A DNA stretch of 64,000 nt, taken from Aurantimonadaceae bacterium (GTDB lineage: Bacteria; Pseudomonadota; Alphaproteobacteria; Rhizobiales; Rhizobiaceae). The position numbers and the translations under genes are program-made. Of the stretch, positions 1 through 9,438 are shown piece after piece; the stretch's first letter is position 1, and every line of letters starts with the position of its first letter. Location: NCBI GenBank assembly GCA_947474855.1, contig CANJKV010000002.1, forward strand, positions 20,292-84,291. Direction: 5' to 3'. Under the pieces are notes generated by a model. It made no database searches. It saw only the letters and a program-made list of their open reading frames with translations, and had not been told where the DNA came from.

Positions 1-349
1 CGAGGACGGCCCGGACCGAAGGACGACGCACCAGGACGGTCGCTGCGAGCGGAAGCCCGACCGCGAGGATGCCGATGAGTGCCGACGCCGTGGTGATCCG
101 TGCGCCGTATCCGATCGGCAGGTCCGGCCTATAGCCGATCATGGCCATGAAGTGCGTCGTCCAGACGCCGAGGCCGGCAACGATGGCGGTTCCGATGAGC
201 CACTGGGTGCGGGTCGGCCCATTCGACGAAGCCGCTCGCTCGCGTAGGGCGGCGACTAGCCAGCCTGCGACGATGCAGATCACGAGTGCGGCGAGAACCG
301 TGGCGAGCGAGTGGTCTGCGGCCAATTGGGACAGGACGGAGAGGAACAT
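1..349 (-). CDS. MHYT-domain-like membrane sensor protein, N-terminal part (gene runs out of the window at position 1)
   Basis: The reverse frame is open from ATG (complement of 347-349) to the window edge. It translates to MFLSVLSQLAADHSLATVLAALVICIVAGW...GLGVWTTHFMAMIGY, i.e. hydrophobic TM segments plus a W-x-x-H-F-x-x-M motif like the MHYT signature. It is absent from the ORF track because no stop lies inside the window. Confidence 0.5.
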   Translation of the reverse strand, partial: MFLSVLSQLAADHSLATVLAALVICIVAGWLVAALRERAASSNGPTRTQWLIGTAIVAGLGVWTTHFMAMIGYRPDLPIGYGARITTASALIGILAVGLPLAATVLVRRPSVRAVL

Positions 350-620
350 GGCAACTAGCTTAGGTTGCGTCGCTTGAAGAATTGCGAAGCGATATGGTTA
401 GGGTGTTGTTACGCCCCGTCCTCGGCCGGCGCGGGGATCGTCGGCCACGCGCCGAATGCTTCCAGTTGGTCACCCCATGTCCACGCCCTGCCGAGCATCC
501 GCCATTCGAGCTGGCGGCGATCGATCGGGTCGCTTTCCGTTTCCGGTTGCCGCATGCGAAGAGAACCGTGGACGACCACGACGACATGTCCGACCATCCG
601 CGCCGTGCTCGCCCGCCTCG

Positions 621-1517
621 TCACCGGCGGTAGCGCAAAGCCTCGACGAGCACGTTGAAGGCGGGCGAGCTCTGGCGGCGGCTCGGGTAGAAGAGGTGGT
701 AGCCCGGGAATGGCGGGCACCAATCGGCGAGCACCTGGACGAGCCGTCCCTCGAGGAGATGGGGACGCGCCTGCTCCTCCGGCACGTAGGCGACGCCAAG
801 CCCGGCCAGCACGGCGCACAGCTTCGGCCTGGAGCTGTTGAAGACGAGCTGGCCGTCGACCCGGACCCTCAGCTCGCGTCCATCCTTCTCGAACTCCCAG
901 GCATAAAGGCCGCCGCGGGTCGGCAGGCGCAGGTTGATGCAGTTGTGCTCCAGAAGGTCCTGGGGCCGCTCGGGCCTGGCGCGCCCGGCGAAGTACGACG
1001 GGGCGGCGACGACGACCATGCTCATCTCCGGCCCGACCGGGACCGCGATCATGTCCTTGGCCACCTGCTCGCCGAGCCGGATGCCGGCGTCGAAGCGCTC
1101 GGCGACGATGTCCGTCAGCCCGAAGTCGGTGGTGACCTCGATCCTGATGTCGGGATAGTCCGGCAGGAGCCTCTCGAGGGCGGGCGAGAGGATCACGTCG
1201 ACCGCGTGCTCGTCGGCGGTGATGCGGATCGTGCCGGCCGGCTTGTCGCGGTACTCGCCGAGCAGCTCCATCTCCGCGACGATGCCCTCGTACAAGGGGC
1301 CGACCGTCCGGAGCAGACGCTCCCCGGCTTCCGTCGGCGACACGCTGCGGGTGGTCCGGGCGAGCAGGCGAACACCGAGCCGCGCCTCGAGCTGACGGAC
1401 GGTGTAGCTCAGCGTCGGCTGCGAAAGCCCGAGCTTGGCCGCCGCGCGCGTGAAGCTGCGCTCCTCCGCCACCGCCAGGAAAGCTCTCAGGTCGCTCAGA
1501 TCGTCCCGTCCATTCAT
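621..1517 (-). CDS. LysR-family transcriptional regulator
   Basis: The N-terminal HTH 'LRAFLAVAEERSFTRAAAKLGLSQPTLSYTVRQLEARLGVRLLARTTRSV' is a typical LysR signature, and the 298-aa length fits. It is divergent from the 1678 gene. Confidence 0.9.
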   Translation of the reverse strand: MNGRDDLSDLRAFLAVAEERSFTRAAAKLGLSQPTLSYTVRQLEARLGVRLLARTTRSVSPTEAGERLLRTVGPLYEGIVAEMELLGEYRDKPAGTIRITADEHAVDVILSPALERLLPDYPDIRIEVTTDFGLTDIVAERFDAGIRLGEQVAKDMIAVPVGPEMSMVVVAAPSYFAGRARPERPQDLLEHNCINLRLPTRGGLYAWEFEKDGRELRVRVDGQLVFNSSRPKLCAVLAGLGVAYVPEEQARPHLLEGRLVQVLADWCPPFPGYHLFYPSRRQSSPAFNVLVEALRYRR

Positions 1518-1540
1518 CGATGAGATCTATAACCTCGTGC

Positions 1541-1559
1541 GGATTGGCCTGTCTAATCC
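1541..1559. promoter_or_regulatory. Candidate LysR box (GGATT-N9-AATCC, contains T-N11-A)
   Basis: A perfect 5-bp inverted repeat, ggattggcctgtctaatcc, lies in the divergent LysR/CMD intergenic region. Confidence 0.35.
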
Positions 1560-1677
1560 ACGGAAGCCGCTCGACATAGCTTCTCACTAAGTCACCGCGG
1601 GGGCGTCTCCGGCGAAGTCGCGGGACTCTCCGCCAGGGTTTCCATCCGGAAACGGTCCCGTCGAAAGGTTCGAACCC

Positions 1678-2472
1678 ATGAAGCTCCTGTCCGCCTCGCT
1701 CCTCTCCTTCTCGCTCGGAACGGCCGCCATGGCACAAGAGACCACCACCTCGACGCTCTCCCTGCGGGGCACCTCCGCCGTCTCGGCGGCCGACGTCCAG
1801 GCGGTCTCGCCCGCCTTGGCTCGCTACGCGCAGGAGGACGTCGGCAGCCTATGGGAGCGCCCGCAGCTTTCCCGGCGCGACCGCAGCCTCGTGACCGTGT
1901 CGATCCTCGTCGCCCGCGACCAGACGACCGACCTTGCGCACTACCTGAACGTCGCCCTCGACAGCGGCGTCACGCCCGCCGAACTATCCGAGGCAGTCAC
2001 GCACTTGGCCTTCTACGCCGGCTGGTCGAACGCCATCGCCATCGCCGCCGTCGCCGTCGCAAGGCAAGTCTTCGCCGAGCGCGGCATCGACGCCGACACG
2101 CTGCCGGCGGCCTCGCCGGAACTGCGGCCGATCGACGAGCAGGGCGAGGCGACCCGGCGGGCAAGCGTCGAGCGGCTTCTCGGATCCGCGTCCCCCGGCC
2201 TCGATCAATTTACCACCGATCCTCTCTTCGCGGACGTCTGGCTGCGGCCGGACCTCACCCCGCGCGACCGCAGCCTCGTGACGATCACGTCGCTCATGGC
2301 CAACGGCCAGGTCGCCCAGCTTTCCGGTCACCTGAACCGGGCCTTGGACAACGGCTTGACGAAGGAGGAGGCCGGCGAGGTCGTCGCGCAGATCGCCTTC
2401 TATGCCGGCTGGCCGAACGCCTTCTCCGCCGGCCCCGTCGTCAAGGACGTCGTCGATAGCCGCCCGGACTGA
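1678..2472 (+). CDS. Carboxymuconolactone decarboxylase (AhpD-like) family protein, two CMD repeats, with signal peptide
   Basis: Two repeats match CMD family proteins: 'RRDRSLVTVSILVA...ELSEAVTHLAFYAGWSNA' and 'PRDRSLVTITSLMA...EAGEVVAQIAFYAGWPNA'. The N-terminus MKLLSASLLSFSLGTAAMAQE looks like a signal peptide. Confidence 0.8.
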   Translation: MKLLSASLLSFSLGTAAMAQETTTSTLSLRGTSAVSAADVQAVSPALARYAQEDVGSLWERPQLSRRDRSLVTVSILVARDQTTDLAHYLNVALDSGVTPAELSEAVTHLAFYAGWSNAIAIAAVAVARQVFAERGIDADTLPAASPELRPIDEQGEATRRASVERLLGSASPGLDQFTTDPLFADVWLRPDLTPRDRSLVTITSLMANGQVAQLSGHLNRALDNGLTKEEAGEVVAQIAFYAGWPNAFSAGPVVKDVVDSRPD

Positions 2473-2532
2473 GCCGACGCCCGGCCAACGAGCCCGCGCA
2501 TGCCTTCCTTCTCCATCACGACAGGACTCATC

Positions 2533-2997
2533 ATGAAGAACACGCTCATCGCCGCCACCCTCACGCTCGCCGGCGCGACCGCCTCAGGGGCGCAGGAGAT
2601 CCAGGTCTTCCCGAGCGGCTCGGCCGCCTCGACGATCGCTTCGCCGGAGAACTTCTCGGGCCACGTGGTCGTGGACGCCCTGGTGCCGCCGCCGATCGAA
2701 ACGCCTGCGGCGTCGGGCCTGGTATCCTTCGCCCCGGAGGCGCGTACCGCGTGGCACTCCCACCCGGCCGGCCAGATGCTGATCGTCACGGCCGGCCGGG
2801 GCTGGGTGCAGCGCGAGGGCGAGACACGCCAGGAGATCGCCGCCGGCGACGTGGTCTGGATCCCGGCAGGCGTGAAGCATTGGCACGGCGCGACAGACGT
2901 CAACGCGATGAGCCACATCGCCATCACCTACGTCCGCGACGGCAGGAACGCCGACTGGATGGAGCTCGTCACGGACGAACAATACGCCGACCGCTGA
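2533..2997 (+). CDS. Cupin-domain protein, secreted
   Basis: The cupin motifs 'WHSHPAGQMLIVTAGRGWVQ...GDVVWIPAGVKHWHGA' are present. The ATG at 2533 gives a signal-peptide-like start, MKNTLIAATLTLAGATASGAQE. The track ORF starts at 2500. Confidence 0.8.
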   Translation: MKNTLIAATLTLAGATASGAQEIQVFPSGSAASTIASPENFSGHVVVDALVPPPIETPAASGLVSFAPEARTAWHSHPAGQMLIVTAGRGWVQREGETRQEIAAGDVVWIPAGVKHWHGATDVNAMSHIAITYVRDGRNADWMELVTDEQYADR

Positions 2998-3551
2998 CCC
3001 AAAGCTCGGCGACGGACGGCCTTGCCTCCGCTCGCACGCGACACGCTCGACTCCTCCGCGGTCGCCGACCTCGCCACTTGCGGCAAGCGAGGCCATTCCC
3101 TGAAAGAGGGTCAGTGTCGCCTATCGCCGTGCGGATCGACCGGGGAAGCCTCCGGGAAGCGTCACGTACCGGGGGGTTCGCCGATGGCGGTCACCCCGCC
3201 GGCGTGGCCGTTTCCATGTCAGCGGCCACTCAGGAACAGGAACGCTAGCCGATGGAGTTCCACGCGGCCGCCGGTCCGGCACTCCGCAAGCCGATCGACG
3301 GCATCGAGTTCCGGCTCGGCGCTCCTCGAGCGCCATGGCGACGGTTGCGCCGACTGGTCCTGGCATCGAGACGGCTCGCGTCACGGCGAGCCGTCGACGT
3401 GCGGTCGAAGGACGTGGAAGAAGGACGCTCGTCCGCTGACGTAGTCTCCGAGCGACGGCAGGCGGTGCTCGAAGGATAGGCTTGCCCCCTTCGGAGGACA
3501 TGGCCGAAGAGGCGCCGACAGACGAGCCGAGGAGCGCGCTAGCCGGGCTGG

Positions 3552-4463
3552 TCACGGCGCGTGACCGAGGGCGGAGGCGAACGTCGGCTCCTCCACCACA
3601 TGGAGCCGTCCGCCGTTCCGGCGGATCTCCATGGCCTTCAGGATCTTCGTTCCCTCGCTTGAATGGACCCAGTCCCGCGATCCGGATGCGGCTACGACGA
3701 GGTAGTCCGTCTGCTTGCAGACGGTGTTCTTCCAGGCGCCGCCCCGTTCCGTCACCAGCGCCGCCACGACCTTGCGCGGACCGATCGAGAACTTGCCGGT
3801 CAGCACGAACATGCGCTCGGGAAACACCACGCCTTCAGGATCGCGGAGGGCGCCGTCGACGACGCCGACGTTGCCGTAGGTCGCAAGGCCGGTGTCGGTG
3901 CAGCTGTCTCCCACGAGACGCGAGATCCATCCGCAGATGTCGCCCGCCTCCTCGTCCGTGATCCGGCCGTCCACGATGGAACGGCGAGCGGCCCATTCGA
4001 GCGAGCGGACACGCCGATCCTCGAGCGCCTCGGGAGCCGCGGCGATCCTGGCGAGAAGCGTCTCCACCTCCGACGGCGTTATATGGTTGTCGCAGGCGAT
4101 GCCTGCGCAGAAGCCATAGAGCTCGTTCGTCGCGTCCTTCCTGTCACGCATCCGGAAATCGCGGCTTCGCTCGGCCTCGGCCCGCTCGACGATGCGGAAG
4201 ATCGCCTCCTGCCCGCCTTCGCCCCCCGCCCCAAGATCCTCGATCAGCTCCTCGGCTCCCTCGTCCTGGAAATTCTCGAGGAAGCGACCCGCCTCGGCGC
4301 GCAGCGGCCCGAACTCGAGAGTCTCGATCGACGAACTCGCCAGGACGCCCCTCAGGAAGCCTAGCCAGTAAGCGGTCGCCTTGCGTCGGTTGGCGTCGGC
4401 ATGGATCCGTCCGAGCGCCGCCCCCTCGTGCGGCAGTTCCCCCCGCTTCGCGACGATGGTCAT
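3552..4463 (-). CDS. TerB-like helical repeat / C-terminal BRCT-domain protein
   Basis: The C-terminus 'FVLTGKFSIGPRKVVAALVTERGGAWKNTVCKQTDYLVVAASGSRDWVHSSEGTKILKA' has a BRCT-like pattern. The middle has two 'ITPSEVETLL/ITDEEAGDICGWI' helical repeats reminiscent of TerB/DjlA-N. The ATG at 4463 is preceded by GGGGAGGGA. Confidence 0.6.
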   Translation of the reverse strand: MTIVAKRGELPHEGAALGRIHADANRRKATAYWLGFLRGVLASSSIETLEFGPLRAEAGRFLENFQDEGAEELIEDLGAGGEGGQEAIFRIVERAEAERSRDFRMRDRKDATNELYGFCAGIACDNHITPSEVETLLARIAAAPEALEDRRVRSLEWAARRSIVDGRITDEEAGDICGWISRLVGDSCTDTGLATYGNVGVVDGALRDPEGVVFPERMFVLTGKFSIGPRKVVAALVTERGGAWKNTVCKQTDYLVVAASGSRDWVHSSEGTKILKAMEIRRNGGRLHVVEEPTFASALGHAP

Positions 4464-4820
4464 GACGTCCCTCCCCTCGCCGGAGAACCTCTGCGCGCCC
4501 ATGCCTGGGACACGCGCGAAGGGTCTCGTCTCACGGGACATCATGGCGTGACGAACGTGCCACCAACGTGACTCGCACCATCCTGCCGCGATGGCCTTCG
4601 TCCCGTCCTGGCCAAGCGGCGGACGAGGGCGATCGACGTTTCGCCCTCCCCGATCCGGCGCGGCCGTCCCTGCAGGCCACCGGGCCGAAGGACGACGCCG
4701 CCCCGCGAAGTCCTTGGTGTCTCGGTGTAGCGGATCCGTGCGACCCTCGACTTCGGCCGATCGTACCGGACGCGGTCGCCGCCACGAGGCGGCCCGACCT
4801 CGTCCGCTCCGCCTCCGATC

Positions 4821-5642
4821 TCAAGCCGACCGGAGGTCGAGCGGCACGACCAGGTCGGCGACGAAGTTCGGGTTCTCGACCTCCAGCCTCATGGATCTTC
4901 CGAAACCGAGCTCCTGGATGTAGCCGCGAGGATTGGCCAGGATGCGGGTGTCGCCGACGCCATAATCCCTCTGCTCGTGGACATGACCGTGGATCCACAG
5001 CGGCGGCCTGAAGCGTTCCATGACGTGCGAGAGGTCCGAGGCGTAGGCTGCGTCGAGGGTTTCGGTCACCCGCCCGGTTCGGAGCGAGCGCCGGTGAGGT
5101 GCGTGATGGGTGACCACGACGGTCGGTCCGGCGAAGGGGATCGACAGGAGCGTTTCCAGAGCGCGTCGCTGGAGATGATGACGCTCGACCGTCTCGGCCG
5201 GAGACGCCCTGCGCGTGCCTCCCGCCACGCGGATCTTCCGATAGTCCCTCATCCAGGCCCGAGCCTCCCCCTTGGCCGCATGCGCCATCGCTTCGCCTCC
5301 GATGCGGAAGTCGGTCCACAACGTGGCACCGACGAACCGCACGCCTGCGACAACGACGGCATCGCCATCGAGGATGTGGACATCGTCCGGCGCGAGGGCG
5401 CGAGCCTTGCCGATCTCGGCATCGAGTGAGGCTCCGTAGAAGCAGTGGTTCCCGGCGACGCAGACGATCGGCATCGGGATCTTCGCCTTGCGCTCGCGCA
5501 GCCAGTTCATCGATCTCGAGAGCCTGCCTCCGAAATCGCCCGCGATCACGAGGACGTCGGCCGCGATGCCGATCGGAAACGCGAACTCCCGCACGTCGCG
5601 GTGGATGTCGCTCATCACCCAAAGCCTCGCGGAGAGGTTCAT
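4821..5642 (-). CDS. Calcineurin-like metallophosphoesterase
   Basis: The MPE motifs are present: 'VMSDIHRD', 'VIAGDFG', 'CVAGNHCFY', 'VVVTHHAP', 'WIHGHVH'. The start ATG overlaps the upstream stop (ATGA at 5639-5642). The upstream part of the 483-aa track ORF is Arg-rich shadow. Confidence 0.8.
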   Translation of the reverse strand: MNLSARLWVMSDIHRDVREFAFPIGIAADVLVIAGDFGGRLSRSMNWLRERKAKIPMPIVCVAGNHCFYGASLDAEIGKARALAPDDVHILDGDAVVVAGVRFVGATLWTDFRIGGEAMAHAAKGEARAWMRDYRKIRVAGGTRRASPAETVERHHLQRRALETLLSIPFAGPTVVVTHHAPHRRSLRTGRVTETLDAAYASDLSHVMERFRPPLWIHGHVHEQRDYGVGDTRILANPRGYIQELGFGRSMRLEVENPNFVADLVVPLDLRSA

Positions 5643-6334
5643 GGCGTCCCTCCGCCGGGTCCCTGCCCGGTCAACTGCTCGAGGATCCTGTCGGTCTCCT
5701 CGCCCATCGCCCTTGCCGCCGCGTCCGCCACGGCATCGGCGGCCCATGCCGGCAGCAGCCTCTCGGCTGTCTCCACCAGGCCGCGGGCCTTTCCATCCAG
5801 CCGACGCGCGAACGCCTCGGCCGCAGGCGATCGCGCCGCCGACATCCTCGCCTGCACCTCGGCCAGCGAGACCGGCCTCATGGCCCAGGCGTCGACGCCG
5901 ACGTCGCACGCGCGACCGGTCGCCGGGACACGCCCGTGCACGTGGCCGTAGAGATGGATCGCGCCCCTGTGTAGATGCGGCCAGGAGGCCATCGGATAGT
6001 GACAGAGGGACATGCGCTGCCCCTCGATCACGACGTGCGCGATGTCGCGCACGGAGGCCCAGGGCAGCTCGAGCGTCGCTTCGGCATCGTGGTTGCCGGC
6101 GATCAGGTGCTTCTCGCCTTGAAGGCGGTCGAAGAGCTTTCTCAGGTCGCCCTTCATCCGGTAGGCGAAGTCGCCGAGGTGGAAGACGATGTCGCCGGGG
6201 CCGACGACGGCGTTCCATGCCTGCGTCAACGCCAGATTCATGGCGTGGACATCCTCGAACGGTCTGGCGCAATGCCGGATGACGTTGGCGTGGCCGAAGT
6301 GGGTGTCGGCCGTGAAGAACGTGGCCATCGTCAT
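5639..6334 (-). CDS. Metallophosphoesterase (small, phage-type/YfcE-like)
   Basis: Motifs 'FFTADTHFGH', 'FHLGDFAY', 'IAGNHD' and 'HLYGHVHG' are present. There is an ATGA overlap with the upstream 61-aa ORF at 6331-6334. Confidence 0.85.
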   Translation of the reverse strand: MTMATFFTADTHFGHANVIRHCARPFEDVHAMNLALTQAWNAVVGPGDIVFHLGDFAYRMKGDLRKLFDRLQGEKHLIAGNHDAEATLELPWASVRDIAHVVIEGQRMSLCHYPMASWPHLHRGAIHLYGHVHGRVPATGRACDVGVDAWAMRPVSLAEVQARMSAARSPAAEAFARRLDGKARGLVETAERLLPAWAADAVADAAARAMGEETDRILEQLTGQGPGGGTP

Positions 6335-6516
6335 ACCCCCTTCAGACGGCTGACCACGAGGCGTATGGCCACTAGGCCCAGGATGCGCCTTTCGTCAGCG
6401 GTGAGCTGGCTCCAGATCTCGGCCGCCTGGCGGACCAGTTCCTGCCTCGGCATGCCCTCCTCGGCCTCGATGCGTTCGAGGCGGTTCGTCGTGGCGCGGT
6501 CGAGGATCACGATCAC
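6331..6516 (-). CDS. Small (61 aa) hypothetical protein, possibly ribbon-helix-helix-like
   Basis: A GTG start overlaps the ATPase stop (GTGA at 6513-6516), and the stop overlaps the next start. The translation is VIVILDRATTNRLERIEAEEGMPRQELVRQAAEIWSQL.... It sits in the tail of a 606-aa shadow ORF. Confidence 0.45.
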   Translation of the reverse strand: MIVILDRATTNRLERIEAEEGMPRQELVRQAAEIWSQLTADERRILGLVAIRLVVSRLKGV

Positions 6517-8117
6517 TGCCTCGCCTCCAGCACTTCCCTCGTCTCGATCAGCGCCTCGACCGCCCGCCGGAGCCGCCGGAGCGATCCCCCGCCCCACGCC
6601 TCGGCGACGATCTCCATCTCGTCCGGAGCGAGCGGCGGCACGAAGCCTTGCTCGTCGCGTTCGCGGGCGAGATCGTCGACGATCCTGCGGACCAGCGTGC
6701 CGACGTGCTCGGGACCGGGGTCGGGCATCTCGATGACGTCGAAGCGGTCGAGCAGGGGAGCCGAAAGCTGCAGGGTGTTCGCGGTGGCGACGAAGTTCAC
6801 CGACGACAGGTCGATCTGCATGTCCAGGCCGACCTCGAGGTAGGCCTCCGCCGTGTGCCTCTCGAGCATCGGAAGCAGGCAGTCCTCGAGCCGCCCGTGG
6901 TTGCGGCTCGTCCCCGCCTTCTCGATCTCGTCGAGCACGACGAGCGGGTTGGCGATGCCCGTTCGGCGGATCGCCTCGCCCGGCGCCGAAAGTCCGGCGG
7001 ACGCCCATCGCGAGGCGGTGCCGCCGAAGCTGTTGTCGGAAGCTCCGCCGCAGGGATAGACGGTCGGTTCGAGCCCGAGCAGCCTGCCCATCGTCGTCGC
7101 CAACGCCGTCTTGCCCGATCCAGGCCGACCGACGAGGAGGGTCGGCTTCAGCCGGATCGTCGCCCCGAGCCGCTGACGCCCGAGCATCCTGCCGACGACC
7201 TGCGCCGCATGCGGCCATTCGGCGACCAGGGCGGAGAAGACGCCGTCCGGCATCGCACGCAGTGGCAGCGGCTTGCCGACGATCCCCTCGCAGGCCTTGA
7301 ACAGCTCCTTCGACGCGGAGCCCGGCCTGACCGCCCGCCGCAGCACGACCTTCGCCGGCGCAGGTGCGGTCAGGTCCTCGGATCCCTCCCGTCCCGATCC
7401 CGGATCGAGGTCTTCCCCCTGCGCGCCGTCGTCGTCGGCCACCGGCTTGGACAGGCCCGCGAGCTTCGAGGTCGGCGCGGACTCCGCCGGCGACGCGAAG
7501 AGGTCGATCCCGTGATATCGCCCCTCCTCCGCCAGACGGTCCAGCATCCGGGCGAACTGCCCCTCCGCCTCCACCCCCTGCGCGAGCTCGACCTCGAGTA
7601 CCTCCATCGCCAGGTAGCCCGCCCGGGTGGCCATCTCCGCGATCCCTCGGACGACACGCCTCTCCTGTGCGGTGCGCGTCCACTCGCGCAGCGGCGTCGA
7701 GCCGGCTCCATGGGTCCAGGCGAGCGCGAGCGGGGCCTGCCCGGCCAGCCCTCGGATGTCGTTCAGCCATTCGGGCCGGACGGACGCGGCCAGGGCGTAG
7801 ATCATGCGGCGCAGGTGGTCGTCGGCATCGACGTCGGCACCGAGCTGCGCGTCGGGCAGCCTGCCGAGCAGCGTCGGGTCGCCGGAGAGGACGAAGAGAT
7901 CGGCGATCTCGAGGACGGGATCGCAAGAGCCGACGAGGCGCAGCTTCTTCGCCCAGAGGGCGACGTCCTCGCGCAGGCTCTCGCCGTAGAGACAGCTTCC
8001 CATCGCGATCTGGCGCGCCGAGGGCCAGACGTTGCGGACCGCCGCCTCCTTGGAGGCTCTCCGGATGGCGTCGACGACGTCGCGGACGTTCCCGCCCGAA
8101 TCGGGGATGTATGGCAT
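6513..8117 (-). CDS. AAA+ ATPase with Lon-type ATPase module, no protease domain; about 330-aa unknown N-terminal region
   Basis: Walker A is 'LVGRPGSGKTAL' and Walker B is 'LVVLDEIEKAG'. The stretch 'LLPMLE...DLSSVNFVATANTLQLSAPLLDRFDVIEMPDP' closely follows the Lon AAA+ pattern. Confidence 0.85.
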   Translation of the reverse strand: MPYIPDSGGNVRDVVDAIRRASKEAAVRNVWPSARQIAMGSCLYGESLREDVALWAKKLRLVGSCDPVLEIADLFVLSGDPTLLGRLPDAQLGADVDADDHLRRMIYALAASVRPEWLNDIRGLAGQAPLALAWTHGAGSTPLREWTRTAQERRVVRGIAEMATRAGYLAMEVLEVELAQGVEAEGQFARMLDRLAEEGRYHGIDLFASPAESAPTSKLAGLSKPVADDDGAQGEDLDPGSGREGSEDLTAPAPAKVVLRRAVRPGSASKELFKACEGIVGKPLPLRAMPDGVFSALVAEWPHAAQVVGRMLGRQRLGATIRLKPTLLVGRPGSGKTALATTMGRLLGLEPTVYPCGGASDNSFGGTASRWASAGLSAPGEAIRRTGIANPLVVLDEIEKAGTSRNHGRLEDCLLPMLERHTAEAYLEVGLDMQIDLSSVNFVATANTLQLSAPLLDRFDVIEMPDPGPEHVGTLVRRIVDDLARERDEQGFVPPLAPDEMEIVAEAWGGGSLRRLRRAVEALIETREVLEARQ

Positions 8118-8200
8118 GCACAGGCCTCTCTGCCTTCGCGGCCCGGCCCATGCCGGCTCCGCTTCTGCATCCCTTCTACCGCATGTACGCTACGAAGCCG

Positions 8201-8455
8201 TCAACTTATCGGCGACGATTCGAGCGATCGGGCGGCCATGATCCACAAGACGTTGTCTTCCGGACGGGAGTCCATCTCCCGCGACAGCCGCTCGATGGTG
8301 TCGACGGCGGCCGCCAGCTGCTTCAGCAGCTCGGGCCGCATCGCGGCCTTGCCCGCGCACATGCGCTCGGCCGTACGCTGGGCGATCCCGAACAGCTCGA
8401 CCAGAGCCGTCACGGGGTTGCCTGGCAGGCGGGCGATGAGGGCATCCTGATCCAT
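8201..8455 (-). CDS. Small HTH protein (Cro/CII-like), 84 aa
   Basis: An internal ATG at 8455 gives MDQDALIARLPGNPVTALVELFGIAQRTAERMCAGK..., a helix-turn-helix-like segment. It lies 84 bp upstream of the ATPase on the same strand. Confidence 0.45.
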   Translation of the reverse strand: MDQDALIARLPGNPVTALVELFGIAQRTAERMCAGKAAMRPELLKQLAAAVDTIERLSREMDSRPEDNVLWIMAARSLESSPIS

Positions 8456-9438
8456 GACTTCTGGATAGGGAGTATTCCTGACGAATTCGGAAAGAAGTGG
8501 CCGCCACGGAGATGCGGCTCGGGAGCCACAAGCGTCTCGCCGGAGGCTGACGAGCCGCAAGCCGCAAGAGGGATCCAAGGCCGCTGCGCGCAACAGCCAG
8601 CTTCCGCGCCGCTGTCCGCCGGGCGTACCGCGATATGCCTGCCGAGCTCCTTCTCGGCCTCGGTCCGACGCCCCCTCCGCGCCGACGCGGCGTTAACCCT
8701 ATCCGCTCCGAATTCCCGCTTCCCCATTGCGCTCGCCATTTCGACTTTCGAGATTACGAAAAGTCGACCGCCATCCCATTCCAGCCGGAGGCCGCGCCAA
8801 GATGCTGCAGCAGGACGCTTCCCTCGCGACACCATACCGGACGCGGTGCCACGCTGCCCAGGGCGCGCTCGGCACCGAGCGCCGGATCTCGTTCCAGATC
8901 AAGTCGTCCGGGTCAGGCTCGCTCGTTCCCACGGGAAGGCACGCCGAGACAACCCGTGTCCCGCGACCGGCAGAAGACCACGTCCGCTCGCGGCTGGACG
9001 ATCGTTCGCGAGCGTCTTCCGACTTCGTCGGAGAGCCGCCGCGGAGCCAGCGAGAGATCCCCGGCCAGGCAGGCTCCGCCAAGCAGATCCCGGTGAACCT
9101 CCTTCACTTCCTGGAAGCGTTGGCAGCCATCCGGGCGAGGGCTGTCCTCCGACGCGACGACGGCTCCGACCGCCCTTAGTGTGAGGATTTGATCATAAAA
9201 CGACAATGACCGACATTTCATGCCCTCTTCTGTGGTTTTTTGCCAATATGACGCATTATGTCAAAACCACACACCGCTCGTGCGGGAGAAAGACGTTTGA
9301 GGGGCAGCGTTCCAGCATGCGTCTCCCGCCGGGCAGCGCGAAAGAAGCCAGCTGGGCGGCGATCCCCGTCGCAGAGGGCCACCATGACGCCGCTCAAGCC
9401 GGCCGTCACGCTTCCGTTCGGTTCAGAAGGCTCCCCTG

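Noticed and set aside
409-1737. A 442-aa minus-strand ORF and a 355-aa plus-strand ORF (456..1523) covering the LysR gene.
   Set aside because: Their Arg/Pro/Gly-rich composition is typical of out-of-frame or antisense shadow ORFs in high-GC DNA. The 298-aa frame (621..1517) has an unmistakable LysR HTH.
3000-3551. Possible genes or an att site in the 550 bp between the cupin gene and the BRCT gene (ORFs 3022..3444, 3121..3555, 3252..3479).
   Set aside because: The ORFs are Arg-rich and overlapping. I saw no resemblance to the tRNA-Ser 3' end, so neither a gene nor an island boundary could be supported.
6331-9184. Three roughly 600-aa ORFs (6331..8151 minus, 6648..8450 plus, 7364..9184 plus).
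   Set aside because: All are extremely Arg-rich with no recognisable motifs. The 534-aa frame (6513..8117) carries clean AAA+ motifs. Only the last 61 codons of the 606-aa ORF were kept, as a separate small gene.
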